From: Promethearchaeota archaeon
GTDB lineage: Archaea; Asgardarchaeota; Lokiarchaeia; Sigyniarchaeales; SOKP01
Direction of reading: 5' to 3'
DNA length: 64,000 nt
Assembly (NCBI GenBank): GCA_019058365.1
Contig: JAHPZE010000006.1
Span: forward strand, 64,001-128,000
Numbering within the stretch: position 1 is the first letter of the stretch; each line of letters starts with the position of its first letter. Positions 51,159 to 62,022 of this stretch are shown in pieces. The notes below the pieces were generated by a model. It saw nothing but the letters and a program-made list of their open reading frames with translations. It did not search any database and had not been told where the DNA came from. Both the position numbers and the translations under genes were made by a program.

Positions 51159-51974
51159 TTATTTCAAAAGTTCTGTAATCTTTATTTTTAGTCCATCTTC
51201 AGCAGCAACAATGTTCTTGATATTTGTGTATTTTTGAAGTTTAGCGGTCTGACTAGGGACATAATTTTTAGTTGACATTGAGCTATCCATATATGTCCCA
51301 AAATGAGTAATAATAAGACCGTCAAGTGGAGGGTTAATTTTGTTTAGATAAGGTATAACTTCATCAGTACATAGATGTCTCTTACATACAATAGAATCTG
51401 GACGCAAAAGGTTAAGAATTAAAATATTGACACCAGAAAATTCCTTTGAAAAGCCTTCATATACACTTGTATCACTTGAAAAAGCTAGTGAATAATCTTT
51501 AAGGTTAAATTTAACTCCAAAACCCTCGTTTTTAGGAGAATGAACTACTTTAGTTCCGATAATTTCAATATTTTTATAATTGAATGAATCTCCCGCTTTA
51601 AATTTTACAATTTTATCGAGCATATCAAGATGGTACTTAGAAATATACTTCAAAACTTCACTTGTAGTAATTAATGTTCCTTTTTTATAGTATTTATAAT
51701 TTCTGTCGTGTAAGATTTCTCGTGAGCTTTCAATCATAGCACTTAAATCACTATAATGGTCAACATGAGCATGGGTTGCAATAAAGAGTTCTGTCTTTAC
51801 TGGATCTTCTTTAAATTGGTTAATTCGAACAATGGCACCAGGTCCAGGATCTATATGAGATTGTATATCGTTAAATTTATAGATAACACCTCCTGTGGCC
51901 CTAAATTGAGTTCTAATATGATGTCGACCACCCCCTGATCCGAGAAAAACTAGTTCATCAGCCATATTAACCAT
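51159..51974 (-). CDS. Metallo-beta-lactamase fold hydrolase (PhnP/RNase Z-like)
   Basis: FLGSGGGR, IDPGPG, THAHVDH, SSDT, THFG. Confidence 0.85.
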   Translation of the reverse strand: MVNMADELVFLGSGGGRHHIRTQFRATGGVIYKFNDIQSHIDPGPGAIVRINQFKEDPVKTELFIATHAHVDHYSDLSAMIESSREILHDRNYKYYKKGTLITTSEVLKYISKYHLDMLDKIVKFKAGDSFNYKNIEIIGTKVVHSPKNEGFGVKFNLKDYSLAFSSDTSVYEGFSKEFSGVNILILNLLRPDSIVCKRHLCTDEVIPYLNKINPPLDGLIITHFGTYMDSSMSTKNYVPSQTAKLQKYTNIKNIVAAEDGLKIKITELLK

Positions 51975-51992
51975 TTTTATAATTAAAGAAGT

Positions 51993-52511
51993 TTAATATT
52001 TGGTTGCATTCACTAATTTTTTTGTTATCATTTCAAATGCTTTTTCAACATTGTATCCCGTTTTAGCTGATGTTTTTATGAAATCTATCATATTAAAAGT
52101 ATTCTTTAAATGAAGAGCACTTTCATCATCTACAGCAATTAAATCTTGGAGATCTGCTTTTGTTCCTATTAGTAAAATTGGTAAATTTAAATCATGTAAT
52201 CGAGCCATATTTACCCACTCAAGTATGTCTCCTATCTTGGGCATTCTTGTTAAATCAAATAAAAGAAGTGCCCCTCTTGCCCCCATTACAAAATTCTCTA
52301 AAAGATATCTAAAGCGTTCTTGACCTCCTAAATCCCATAATTGTAAAAGACAATGTGCATCATCAAAATTAAGCTCTGTTGTGTAAAAATCCACACCAAC
52401 TGTCATTATACTTGACTCATCAAACATACCATCGACATATCTTCTTAGAAGTGATGTCTTGCCCACACTTGCATTTCCGGCAATTAAAATTTTAAAGATA
52501 AAATTTTTCAT
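51993..52511 (-). CDS. Rab-like small GTPase
   Basis: GNASVGKTS, TVGVDF, WDLGGQERF, TKAD, TSAKTG; no C-terminal prenylation tail. Confidence 0.92.
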   Translation of the reverse strand: MKNFIFKILIAGNASVGKTSLLRRYVDGMFDESSIMTVGVDFYTTELNFDDAHCLLQLWDLGGQERFRYLLENFVMGARGALLLFDLTRMPKIGDILEWVNMARLHDLNLPILLIGTKADLQDLIAVDDESALHLKNTFNMIDFIKTSAKTGYNVEKAFEMITKKLVNATKY

Positions 52512-52580
52512 GTTTGAATGGGTATATAATAAGTGATAAATATAAGAACACTTATTTATTTTAATACCTTAAAATGAAAC

Positions 52581-54851
52581 CTAATGTAAATTTTTACTTT
52601 CTTGTAGTTGATTAATTAAAATTTCATCAATTTGAGTAAATAATTGTTTGAGATATTCATTTATCTTTATTTGGATTTTAATCTTTGAATAAGTCTCTTT
52701 CTTTTTTTTATCAAAAGCTCCAATTGTCTGTTTCGTAATAGTTTGACCTTTTCGACCTAATTCAGCTAATTTCTGATGGATGGGGTTATTTTTATCAAAT
52801 TTTTTAATTGGAAATTCTAGCGGAAGTTTGAATATATGCCTTGAACTTCTTATTATATTTACTTGGTTTGTCATGAGATTGGAATTTAAAATAGCTGACA
52901 AATAAAAAGCTTCTTCAAGATCATTAGTATCATAGAAAGATAAATCCCCAGTAATCAAAAAATCTCCCTGTATTACAGCTGAATTCAGTATAGTGCCAGA
53001 ATTGTTATATACCACCTTAATTTTTGATAATTGTCTTTGATTTATCAATTTAGACCATCTATCTAAATTTTCTATCAAAGATTCATGTGTAGTTGTTTCT
53101 TTTTTGTATTTAATATATAATTGATTGATTTTATCATAGAATAATTTACCGAACTTGTCTATTTTCTCATACTCAAATTTTAAATCCGTTTTTGTAAGTG
53201 GTAAAAACACGTAATAATAATTATATACATAAAATTTGACTAATTCTGTACTTTTAAGTACATTAAAGATATATTTTGTTTCAATAGTTTCATTTTCAAA
53301 TTCTATTTTATTCCATGGGGCTTTAGCTCTTTTGAATATTCGCTTATCAGGAGTTATTTTCGATAAGGAATTATCAATACTGTTAAATTTTATAAATATT
53401 AGATTTCGCGGATTTAAATCGGCACCTTTATGAAATAAAGGTTTATAATAGCTTTCTTCTAATGGATAGAGGTGATTTAAGTTCTCTTGTGAGACAAGTT
53501 TTTTGGTATACATCTTTCCTGCTTTTTCTTCAATTAAATAAGGCAACAATAATTCTTCTCTTTCTAATTTCAATTCTACATCTTTAAAATACTCAATTGT
53601 TTCAATTTCATTCTTTAATGTAAAGTGATAACCTTTAATCTGCTCATTAGAATTTCGTTTTGGTGTTTTTGATTTCTGTCCAAATAAGCAAATAAAATCG
53701 ATATTAAATAAAGTTTCAATTTTTCTATCAAAAGTCCAAATTTTTATATTAAAAAATCCTTTAAAATTACGAAATCTAGAAGCGTGGGAGCCAGTAATGA
53801 CTCCTTTCGTCATTACAAAAAATATTTTCGCCCTTTCTTTCATAAATGTTTTGTTTGCTTTAGCAAAGAATAAAGTAGATATTTCTAGATTTAACAGATT
53901 CTTAGGAAGTGGTTTCAATTCTAATCTTTCAGATAGTGCCTTAACTTTATTTTGATACTCAGCAGTTTCTATATCACGATAGGTATACCACGGAGGGTTT
54001 CCTATTATCAAATCAAACTTTTTATTAAGATTATTCTCTTTTTGAAATAAAAAATCAAAAACATATAAATTTAAATTAATATCAGTGAATTTTTCTCTTA
54101 GCAGATAGAATAGGTTAATCTTTGATACATAAATTGAGATCGGATTTATATCATAACCATATATGTTATTTATTGCAGTGATTTTTCTCTCCATAGGCTT
54201 ATTTTGAGAAAGAATATGTTTTACTGCTTCCATTAAAAAATTTCCCGAACCACAACAAGGATCAAGGATAGATTCTCCAAAAGAATAGGCATCTCTAATC
54301 ATCTGTTTTACCAAGAATTGAGGAGTATAATATTCACCAGATTTATGTCTAATAAGCGGAGAAATTATGGTTTGAATTAAATAATCAAAAATGTATTCGG
54401 GATTAATTTCTAATTTGAAAAGATAATTAGAAATTTTTGAAATAAGATCATTAAAAATAGATAAATCTTCTTTTTCAGAAAGAGAGAATAATGGATCGAA
54501 ATACACCATTTCAAAAATATTAAGGTTTTTAAAATTGGATTTTAAATTATCTTCAAAATTTTTAAAATTCTTTAATGATAATTTATCTTGTGTTAGTAAT
54601 CTTTCATTGTTTAAAATATATTTTGAGATAAATAAGTGTCCTATGAAATAGATTAAAGCAAAAATAAGATATAATTGTATATCCACTTGTTTTTTGCCAT
54701 ATATATTCTCAAAATCTTCTAACCATACTCCAAACTCCAACTCATTTTGATATTCATGTTTTTTTAAAGAATTTTCCAAGTTTAATAATGTTTCATTTAT
54801 AAAATGAAAATCTAAATCTTTTTTATCACTTGGGCTTATTGATTTAGCCAA
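52581..54851 (-). CDS. N6-adenine DNA methyltransferase with C-terminal target-recognition region
   Basis: GEYYTP, DPCCGSGNF, GYDINP, IGNPPW. Confidence 0.85.
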   Translation of the reverse strand: MAKSISPSDKKDLDFHFINETLLNLENSLKKHEYQNELEFGVWLEDFENIYGKKQVDIQLYLIFALIYFIGHLFISKYILNNERLLTQDKLSLKNFKNFEDNLKSNFKNLNIFEMVYFDPLFSLSEKEDLSIFNDLISKISNYLFKLEINPEYIFDYLIQTIISPLIRHKSGEYYTPQFLVKQMIRDAYSFGESILDPCCGSGNFLMEAVKHILSQNKPMERKITAINNIYGYDINPISIYVSKINLFYLLREKFTDINLNLYVFDFLFQKENNLNKKFDLIIGNPPWYTYRDIETAEYQNKVKALSERLELKPLPKNLLNLEISTLFFAKANKTFMKERAKIFFVMTKGVITGSHASRFRNFKGFFNIKIWTFDRKIETLFNIDFICLFGQKSKTPKRNSNEQIKGYHFTLKNEIETIEYFKDVELKLEREELLLPYLIEEKAGKMYTKKLVSQENLNHLYPLEESYYKPLFHKGADLNPRNLIFIKFNSIDNSLSKITPDKRIFKRAKAPWNKIEFENETIETKYIFNVLKSTELVKFYVYNYYYVFLPLTKTDLKFEYEKIDKFGKLFYDKINQLYIKYKKETTTHESLIENLDRWSKLINQRQLSKIKVVYNNSGTILNSAVIQGDFLITGDLSFYDTNDLEEAFYLSAILNSNLMTNQVNIIRSSRHIFKLPLEFPIKKFDKNNPIHQKLAELGRKGQTITKQTIGAFDKKKKETYSKIKIQIKINEYLKQLFTQIDEILINQLQESKNLH

Positions 54852-54960
54852 AAATTTAAACTCCTTTTTGTTTGTTGCCTAATATATTCAATGAAGTAAT
54901 ACTTAAATATTAATTAAATACATGTATATTATTTATTAATCTAAAATTTAAGAGATATTT

Positions 54961-55560
54961 TTGGTTTTGACTTCAACAGAGATAAAAATTTCTAGAATTC
55001 TCGAAAATGGAATTGAATTCTCTTGCCAAATGTGTGGTAAATGTTGTAGAGGGTTCAATGATGGTGAAGTCTATTTATATAAAGATGATATACTTAAATT
55101 AGCGGATTTTTTAAAAATCAATGGAAAAAAAGGCTTAAGAGATTTCGCAAAAAAATATCTAAAAGTAGTAGATGATAGCTTTTTCTGGAAAGAACCTGGA
55201 GCTGAAAAAGGTAAAACTTATCGATATAAAAACCTTGGATTTAAATTTACTGGAGGAGATGAGCAGTGTCATTTCTTAAGAGGAAATAAGTGTAGTGTTC
55301 ATACAGCTCGACCCTTCCAATGTAGATCATTTCCTTTTTGGCAAATGATGGTCTCTAGTAAAAAGAATTTTGAAGATTATACTAAGAAATGCAAGGGTCT
55401 ACAAGTTTTAAAAGGAAAATTTTATACAAAGGAGGAAATTTTAAATTGGGCACAAGAGGAATATGAAATAGAAAAGAAATACTTTTTAGAAATGAAAAAG
55501 AATAATTTTAACATCATGAAAGTACATCCCTATTTATCTAAAGAAATGCTTCAGGAGTAA
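54961..55560 (+). CDS. YkgJ/CxxCxxCC family Fe-S/Zn protein
   Basis: CQMCGKCC, CHFL, CSVH..RPFQCRSFPFW. Confidence 0.88.
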   Translation: MVLTSTEIKISRILENGIEFSCQMCGKCCRGFNDGEVYLYKDDILKLADFLKINGKKGLRDFAKKYLKVVDDSFFWKEPGAEKGKTYRYKNLGFKFTGGDEQCHFLRGNKCSVHTARPFQCRSFPFWQMMVSSKKNFEDYTKKCKGLQVLKGKFYTKEEILNWAQEEYEIEKKYFLEMKKNNFNIMKVHPYLSKEMLQE

Positions 55561-55568
55561 AATGAAAC

Positions 55569-55964
55569 ATGCCAAAAGGATTAATATTCATAAAATATGA
55601 TGAGCGGAGCGGTATGGAGATTAAAGCAAAATATCCAGAGAAAAAGTTTAAAATTACTGATAAAACCCTAATGCAAATTCTAAATTTACATGAATTTAGT
55701 AAACAAGCAGGGATTGTGAGTTTAACTTTAGAAAATATCAATTTTGTGACTTATTATTCTGGTTCAGATACAGATTATTTCTTTATATTGATGTTAACCA
55801 TGCTTGAAAATCCTGAAGATTACGAAGAAATCTTAGAAGAAGTCTCTCAGATCATTTTAAAAAACTTAGAAAAGAAAAGATATTTGAAACTTCTTCCTTC
55901 ACTCTTTAATAAAATTATGGATTATCCTAAATTAAGCAAGGATGGTCTAGATGAACAAATCTAA
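55569..55964 (+). CDS. Stand-alone longin-like domain protein
   Basis: GLIFIKYDERSG.EI.AKYP; beta-beta-alpha-beta-beta-beta-alpha-alpha pattern over 131 aa. Confidence 0.6.
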   Translation: MPKGLIFIKYDERSGMEIKAKYPEKKFKITDKTLMQILNLHEFSKQAGIVSLTLENINFVTYYSGSDTDYFFILMLTMLENPEDYEEILEEVSQIILKNLEKKRYLKLLPSLFNKIMDYPKLSKDGLDEQI

Positions 55965-56068
55965 TATTTTTCAAAAATTTAAATCAGTTCTCAATCAATA
56001 TATTTAAATTAATTCTATTAAATTGATTTTGTAAAAATAAAAAAAAAAAGGTTATTTTAAAGTTAAGT

Positions 56069-56803
56069 TTAGAAGTCTAAGATTAGTAAAAGAAAAGCAA
56101 TTAAGAGCAAACGGCCACTCCATCCCACTATTACTACATTTGTTCCACCAAAAGCTAACCATCCCGCCATGATTCCTGCAGAACCTGCTACCCACGTAAA
56201 GAATACAAAGCCAATTATTAACAGAACCCACCATTCATAGGGTATTTTAATATCAACGAAATCAAAAATGATGATAATTAGAACAATTGCTAAGATTAAT
56301 CCAAAAACAGCATTTAAGGAAAAACTGGCAGGTACTGGCTTAGGAAGATAATCACCAAAACCCATGAAAATTATAATGCAATCGTAGATCCCAAAAGCAG
56401 CACCTAGGAGTGCTATCATCTTAGATGCTTTCCATCCTTTCTTTTCACCAAGGAGATCTATTAATGCTGCCATTGTAACAATTGTTCCAGCAAACCATGA
56501 AGCAGTCACCGCAGGATAATCAGCATTAAAAAAACCAAAAAGGATTGTAACTATACCAATGATAAGCAGAAGCCACCATGTAAATGGAAGCTTAATTGGT
56601 ATTAACTTCCAGTAATTTAAGCCAAGAAAGATAACAATAGCAAATACAAGTTCTATTATTCCAAAAAGAACATATAATTCTGTACCTGTCCCGGCAGCGT
56701 AAAAGTAGGTTATAGCATCAGCACCTAAAAAAAGCATTCCTATAAAAGCAAGTAATTTTACAGCAGTAAGATCTTTTTCTTCACTTATAGCCATTTTATT
56801 CAC
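56069..56803 (-). CDS. Membrane protein built from two homologous four-TM halves
   Basis: IKLPFTWWLLLIIG / IKIPYEWWVLLIIG. Confidence 0.7.
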   Translation of the reverse strand: MNKMAISEEKDLTAVKLLAFIGMLFLGADAITYFYAAGTGTELYVLFGIIELVFAIVIFLGLNYWKLIPIKLPFTWWLLLIIGIVTILFGFFNADYPAVTASWFAGTIVTMAALIDLLGEKKGWKASKMIALLGAAFGIYDCIIIFMGFGDYLPKPVPASFSLNAVFGLILAIVLIIIIFDFVDIKIPYEWWVLLIIGFVFFTWVAGSAGIMAGWLAFGGTNVVIVGWSGRLLLIAFLLLILDF

Positions 56804-57164
56804 TTATGTTTTTTTTATTTAATATTTTATTCCATATTGGAATCAGAATTAAATTATTTTACCCAATTTAAAAGGTTTTACATATCTTTTATTATATGCT
56901 TAATAGCATTATACATTCAAGAATGAAAAATAGAATAATTTTTGTGAATACTTCAAAAATTTGAAACTATTTATTTTGATACGGACTTGAATTTCTCACA
57001 GAACCATAATTGAAGATATTTGTTTTAAGTAGATGATTATTAATTATTTTAAATTTGTAATATTACAACCTATGTTTCCAAAAATAATATCAATAGTTAT
57101 TAAAAAATCGACTTTATATTAATTAAGGTTTAATAAAGATATTTTATTAGAGAGTAGGATAAAA

Positions 57165-59555
57165 TTGAAGATCGGGCTATTTATATGTGATTGTGGTAAA
57201 AATATTAGTGGCGTTATCGATAATGATAGGTTAATTAAACATTTTGAGAAATATCCTAATTTATATGTGTTTAGAGACCAGTATTTATGTTCAGAATTAG
57301 GTTTAAACAAAATTATTAATGAAATACGAGAAAACAAAGTCGATCGGGTTGTTATTGCTTCTTGTTCGTTTAAATTACATGGATTATTGTTTCGCAAAAC
57401 CATTGAAAAAGCAGGAATTAATCGCTTTTTAATATCATTTGCTAATGTGCGTGAACAAAATTCATGGGTTCATTATAATGAGCCAGAAAAAGCAACAAGA
57501 AAAGCAATCGATCAAATAAGTATGGCGATAGAACGAGTCAAACTTTTAGAGCCGTTAGAAGTTCAATATTCAAATATAACACCTTCAAGTTTAATTATCG
57601 GAGGAGGAATTGCCGGAATAAAAGCTGCATTAGCAATTGCGGATACAGGAATTAAGGTATATTTGGTTGAAAAAGAGCCTACAATTGGGGGTCACATGGC
57701 GCTATTTGATAAAACATTTCCTACTTTAGATTGTAGCATATGTATTTTAGGGCCATTAATGACTGAGGTTAAGGATCATCCTAATATTAAATTACTTACT
57801 TACTCCACAGTAGAAAGTGTTGATGGTTATATTGGAAATTTTGAAGTAAAAATAAAGAAAAACCCTCGATTTATAAAAGAAGATGATTGTGTAGGATGTA
57901 TTGATATCTGTCGAGAAGTGTGTCCAATAGACATAGAAGAAACATTTTTTCCAAGGAAAGCTATAGATGTTCCTTATCCTCAAGCAATCCCTTTATTCCC
58001 AAATATTTTAGAGAAATATTGTATTGGTTGTAAAGCCTGTGCTCAAGCTTGCGATAGAGATGCCATCGATTTTGACCAAAAGCCTGAAACCATAAAAATA
58101 ACCGTAGGTTCAATTATAATCGCAACTGGTTTGAAGCCATTTGATCCTTCTGTCTTAGGAGAATTTAGTTATGAGAAATATCCCGATGTAATAACTTCAA
58201 TGCAAATGGAACGGTTACTTAATAATGATGGCCCAACTCACGGAAAAGTTGTAAAACCCTCTAATGGTCAAGTTCCTAAAAAGGTTTCTTTTATATTATG
58301 TGTTGGTTCACGCAATAAAAAAATCCATCATGATTATTGTAGTCAAGTTTGTTGTAATGTAGCAATTAAACAAGCAGTATTATTAAAAAATGAGAATCCG
58401 GACATAAAGATTAATATTTACTATACAGATATTAGAGCTATGGGCAAAAATTGTGAGGAATTCTACAACAGAGCACGTGAAGCTTTTGGAGTGCGCTTCA
58501 TAAAAAGTAATATTTCAGCGGTTTTAAAAAGTGATACTTCAGATGATTTAATTGTCCGTGGTGAAGATATCATTGAAGGATCTCTTTTCGAAAATAAGAC
58601 AGATTTAGTAGTATTAGCAGTGGGTATAGAACCCGCAGAAGGTACAGATGAGTTAAGCAAAATATTAAATATTTCCCAAGATCCTTATGGTTTTTTATTA
58701 GAGAAACATTTAAAAGTTAAACCTTCAGAAACACTTGTAAGTGGAATATACATAGCTGGAGCAATCCAAGGGCCTAAAGATATACCAAATAGTATTGCTC
58801 AAGCAGAAAGTGCAGCCTCTAAAGCGATAGGTTTAATAACGCGTGGTAAAGTAGAGTTGGATCCTCACGTTGTTTATCTTAATAAAGAAAAATGTGATTT
58901 ATGTAGACTCTGTGAAAATATATGTGAATATAATGCTTTAAAAATCGAAAATAATCAATTAAAGATTATTCAAGCTAATTGTTCTGGGTGTGGTGCATGT
59001 ATAGCAATGTGCCCATATGATGCGCTCTATATTCCAGGATTTCGAAGAGATCAAATTTCAGCACAATTAAAATCGGTTCTTAGTGAAAAAAAAGAATTTC
59101 CGTTAATTATTTCATTTCTATGCAACTGGTGTTCTTATATAGGAGCAGATCTTGCTGGAACAAGCAAAATAGTTTACCCAACAAATAATAGAACTATTCA
59201 TGTGATGTGTACAGCAATGCTCAATCCATCACTAATTTTCGAGAGCTTCTTTTATGGTGCTGATGGAGTACTAATTGCGGGGTGTCATCCGCAAGATTGT
59301 CACTACGATACTGGATTCATTAAAGCTAAAGATAGATTTGAGAGTATTAAAGAAATGTTGGCTGAAGCAAATATTAATGAAAATCGTGTTAAAATTGTAA
59401 GTATCTCAGCTGGAGAAGGGGAGAAATTTGCTAAAGTAATAAAGCAATTTAAAGAGGACCTAGAAAAACTGGGTCCAATTCATCCCGGTGAATATTTAAA
59501 ACCTTCTAAGGTAAAAAAACAAGTAAAAGATAAAGCTAAGCTTGATGAAATTTAA
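57165..59555 (+). CDS. hdrA: Heterodisulfide reductase subunit A fused to an MvhD domain
   Basis: CDCGKNI, GGGIAG, DKTFPTLDCSICIL, CVGSR, CSQVCC, GPKDI; MvhD motifs FLCNWCSY.GAD and GCHPQDCHY. Confidence 0.93.
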   Translation: MKIGLFICDCGKNISGVIDNDRLIKHFEKYPNLYVFRDQYLCSELGLNKIINEIRENKVDRVVIASCSFKLHGLLFRKTIEKAGINRFLISFANVREQNSWVHYNEPEKATRKAIDQISMAIERVKLLEPLEVQYSNITPSSLIIGGGIAGIKAALAIADTGIKVYLVEKEPTIGGHMALFDKTFPTLDCSICILGPLMTEVKDHPNIKLLTYSTVESVDGYIGNFEVKIKKNPRFIKEDDCVGCIDICREVCPIDIEETFFPRKAIDVPYPQAIPLFPNILEKYCIGCKACAQACDRDAIDFDQKPETIKITVGSIIIATGLKPFDPSVLGEFSYEKYPDVITSMQMERLLNNDGPTHGKVVKPSNGQVPKKVSFILCVGSRNKKIHHDYCSQVCCNVAIKQAVLLKNENPDIKINIYYTDIRAMGKNCEEFYNRAREAFGVRFIKSNISAVLKSDTSDDLIVRGEDIIEGSLFENKTDLVVLAVGIEPAEGTDELSKILNISQDPYGFLLEKHLKVKPSETLVSGIYIAGAIQGPKDIPNSIAQAESAASKAIGLITRGKVELDPHVVYLNKEKCDLCRLCENICEYNALKIENNQLKIIQANCSGCGACIAMCPYDALYIPGFRRDQISAQLKSVLSEKKEFPLIISFLCNWCSYIGADLAGTSKIVYPTNNRTIHVMCTAMLNPSLIFESFFYGADGVLIAGCHPQDCHYDTGFIKAKDRFESIKEMLAEANINENRVKIVSISAGEGEKFAKVIKQFKEDLEKLGPIHPGEYLKPSKVKKQVKDKAKLDEI

Positions 59556-59712
59556 AAAGCATTTCTAAGGTGATTGAAATAATTATCAATTTCCTTAAGA
59601 ATAAATGTTAATTTTTTATTAATAGCTCTCTTATAATCTTTATTAACAGATTTTTTTATTATATTATATATTACGATTTTTAATTTTGAAAATGTAATGT
59701 AACGGGTTAAAT

Positions 59713-60999
59713 ATGAGAATTCGTGCTGTAACCTTAGGTCAAATCATCCCATTCTTATATAAGAATGAATCAATATTGTCATTTTTACAAGATAGACTAG
59801 TGAACTTTTCCAATTTTACTAATGAATTTAAGAGTATGCTAAAAGAAATTGATATAGAAGTTGAGACAAAAAGATTTTGTTCTCAACCACTTTTTAGTTA
59901 TGATAATAAATTATTTTATGAAAAAAACCTAAGAGAAACATTAGTAGACATAAATAACCAATTAGGATTTTTACAAGATCTGTTTAAGGATTATGAATTT
60001 GATTATTTTGCCTGCTGCATGATGAAAGCAGATCAAATTGAGGAATTAGGAATTTTTGAGAAACTTTTATTAAATGAAGTTCCTCAATTTATTAAAAATC
60101 ACAGAAAATTTTTTACATCTTTACCAGTCGCGTCAACTGAAAAAGGAATAAATATAGCTGCTTTAAAATCAGGTGCAAAAATAATAAAAGAATTATCTGA
60201 ACCAGATCCTTTTAATAATTTACAATTTTGTGTATCTGCTAATGTTGGTTCAAACATTCCATTCTTTCCTGCGGCTTACCACCTTTCAGAAAAACCTGCC
60301 TTTTCTTTAGCCTTAGAAATGGCAGATGAGGTAATAAACGCTATTGAAGAATCAGATACATTAAAAGAAGCCCAACTTAATTTATTAGCAAAATTTAATG
60401 ATATATATGATAATCTGACAAAAATTGCTGAAAAAGTTAGCAGGAACTACAATATTGAATTTAAAGGAATAGATTTCTCTCCAGCTCCTTATCCTATGAT
60501 TGATAAGAGCATTGGAACTGCTATTGAAAAATTAGGAATTGAGTATTTTGGAGCTAATGGAACATTAACAGGGGTAGCTTTAATAAAAAATTCTATTCCT
60601 ATTAATAAAGAGAAGGTAATTGGTTTTTCTGGGTTCATGCAACCAGTTTTAGAAGATTTTATTTTATCAAAAAGATTATCTGAAAACAAATTTAATTTAG
60701 ATTCGCTCTTATTATATTCTACTATGTGTGGAGCGGGTCTTGACGTAGTCCCACTCCCTGGAGATATAACAGAACGCGAATTATTTTACATTTTACTCGA
60801 TGTTTGTACGATATCTGTAATATTAAATAAACCTTTAACTTGTAGACTTATGCCAATTCCAGGTAAAAGTTCTGGTGACGATGTTGAGTTTGATTTTGAA
60901 TATTTTGCTCCTTCAAAAATAATTGATTTTAAAAGGTTAGTTACTGAGAATAAAAATGATTTATTCAATCGAAATGAGAAAACTTTAAAATTTCTTTAA
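59713..60999 (+). CDS. DUF711 family protein
   Basis: MRIRAVTLG, PFFPAAY, GIDFSPAP, GFSGFMQPVLED, CGAGLD.VPLPG, RLMP. Confidence 0.82.
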   Translation: MRIRAVTLGQIIPFLYKNESILSFLQDRLVNFSNFTNEFKSMLKEIDIEVETKRFCSQPLFSYDNKLFYEKNLRETLVDINNQLGFLQDLFKDYEFDYFACCMMKADQIEELGIFEKLLLNEVPQFIKNHRKFFTSLPVASTEKGINIAALKSGAKIIKELSEPDPFNNLQFCVSANVGSNIPFFPAAYHLSEKPAFSLALEMADEVINAIEESDTLKEAQLNLLAKFNDIYDNLTKIAEKVSRNYNIEFKGIDFSPAPYPMIDKSIGTAIEKLGIEYFGANGTLTGVALIKNSIPINKEKVIGFSGFMQPVLEDFILSKRLSENKFNLDSLLLYSTMCGAGLDVVPLPGDITERELFYILLDVCTISVILNKPLTCRLMPIPGKSSGDDVEFDFEYFAPSKIIDFKRLVTENKNDLFNRNEKTLKFL

Positions 61000-61033
61000 T
61001 AAAATTTTTTAGAGAGCGTTTCTAGTTATCTTT

Positions 61034-61525
61034 TTGAAAAGCCTCAAAAATTATACTTGCATTATTTTTATGAGTGAAAAGAAGGAAAAAAAACCATTGC
61101 GATTTTTTAATGAAGCTGTCGAATATATTGAGAAATTCGATACACAAGGAATTTTAATCGAAGAGAGTAGAGTTCCTTTAGAAATTAGAAATTATAACTC
61201 AAATTTTTTAAGAGATGAAATGATAAATGAATTAAATAATCTGAGAGATCTCATTCGAAATAATCCAGATTTAAAAATTGAGAAGTTATCCAAAGAAGAG
61301 CGCGATATCTTCTATAGTTTCATTAAATTTGCAAGTGTTTGTCCAGTTTGCGGAAATTCAAATCATTTCTTCAATTTAAAACGACTATTTTTTGATGAAG
61401 AAAAGAAATTTTTAGTAAAAGAATTGTTAAGATTAATGACTTTAAATAGCAGAAAATTAAAAAAGTTTAACTTACAGCTAGGTATTCCTTGCTGTAATTG
61501 TTACAAGAACTTTTTTGAGGAATAA
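61034..61525 (+). CDS. Hypothetical Zn-binding protein
   Basis: CPVCG and GIPCCNC; true start may be the ATG at 61070. Confidence 0.65.
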   Translation: MKSLKNYTCIIFMSEKKEKKPLRFFNEAVEYIEKFDTQGILIEESRVPLEIRNYNSNFLRDEMINELNNLRDLIRNNPDLKIEKLSKEERDIFYSFIKFASVCPVCGNSNHFFNLKRLFFDEEKKFLVKELLRLMTLNSRKLKKFNLQLGIPCCNCYKNFFEE

Positions 61526-61543
61526 ATTAGAATTTAGTGTTTT

Positions 61544-61882
61544 TCATTTTAAATAATCTACCACTTTGCCACCTTGAGTGATTTCATAAACAATCTCATC
61601 TGTTTTTTCATTATTTTCAGACTTAATACAAAAAGCTTTAATCAAAAAATCCATATTATAGTTAAACATATGCTCATCTTCGAGAATATTACGTTCAATT
61701 AAAATTTGTAACAAAGTGCTTTTTGAAACTTGTTTTAAATCGTTTACTATATTTAAAATTTCTCGGCGAATAGGATTATTGACAGCTCTTAGATACAGAT
61801 CATGCAAATATTTGGTTCCTTCAAGTGATTTACTAAATTCTTCCATCGTTTTATAATTCTTGAAATCGAACTCATCAGGCAT
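61544..61882 (-). CDS. ArsR-like winged-helix protein
   Basis: AVNNPIRREIL..YEITQGG. Confidence 0.7.
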   Translation of the reverse strand: MPDEFDFKNYKTMEEFSKSLEGTKYLHDLYLRAVNNPIRREILNIVNDLKQVSKSTLLQILIERNILEDEHMFNYNMDFLIKAFCIKSENNEKTDEIVYEITQGGKVVDYLK

Positions 61883-62022
61883 ATTTCAATAAAACAAACA
61901 AGAAAGAAAAATCTTTTGTCTATAATAATAAAACTAATTATACCTTGAAATATAAAGGGACTTTAAATATTTGGATTTAAAGTAAGTAATTGAAAATAAT
62001 ACTTTTTAAAAAGTGAAAAAAA

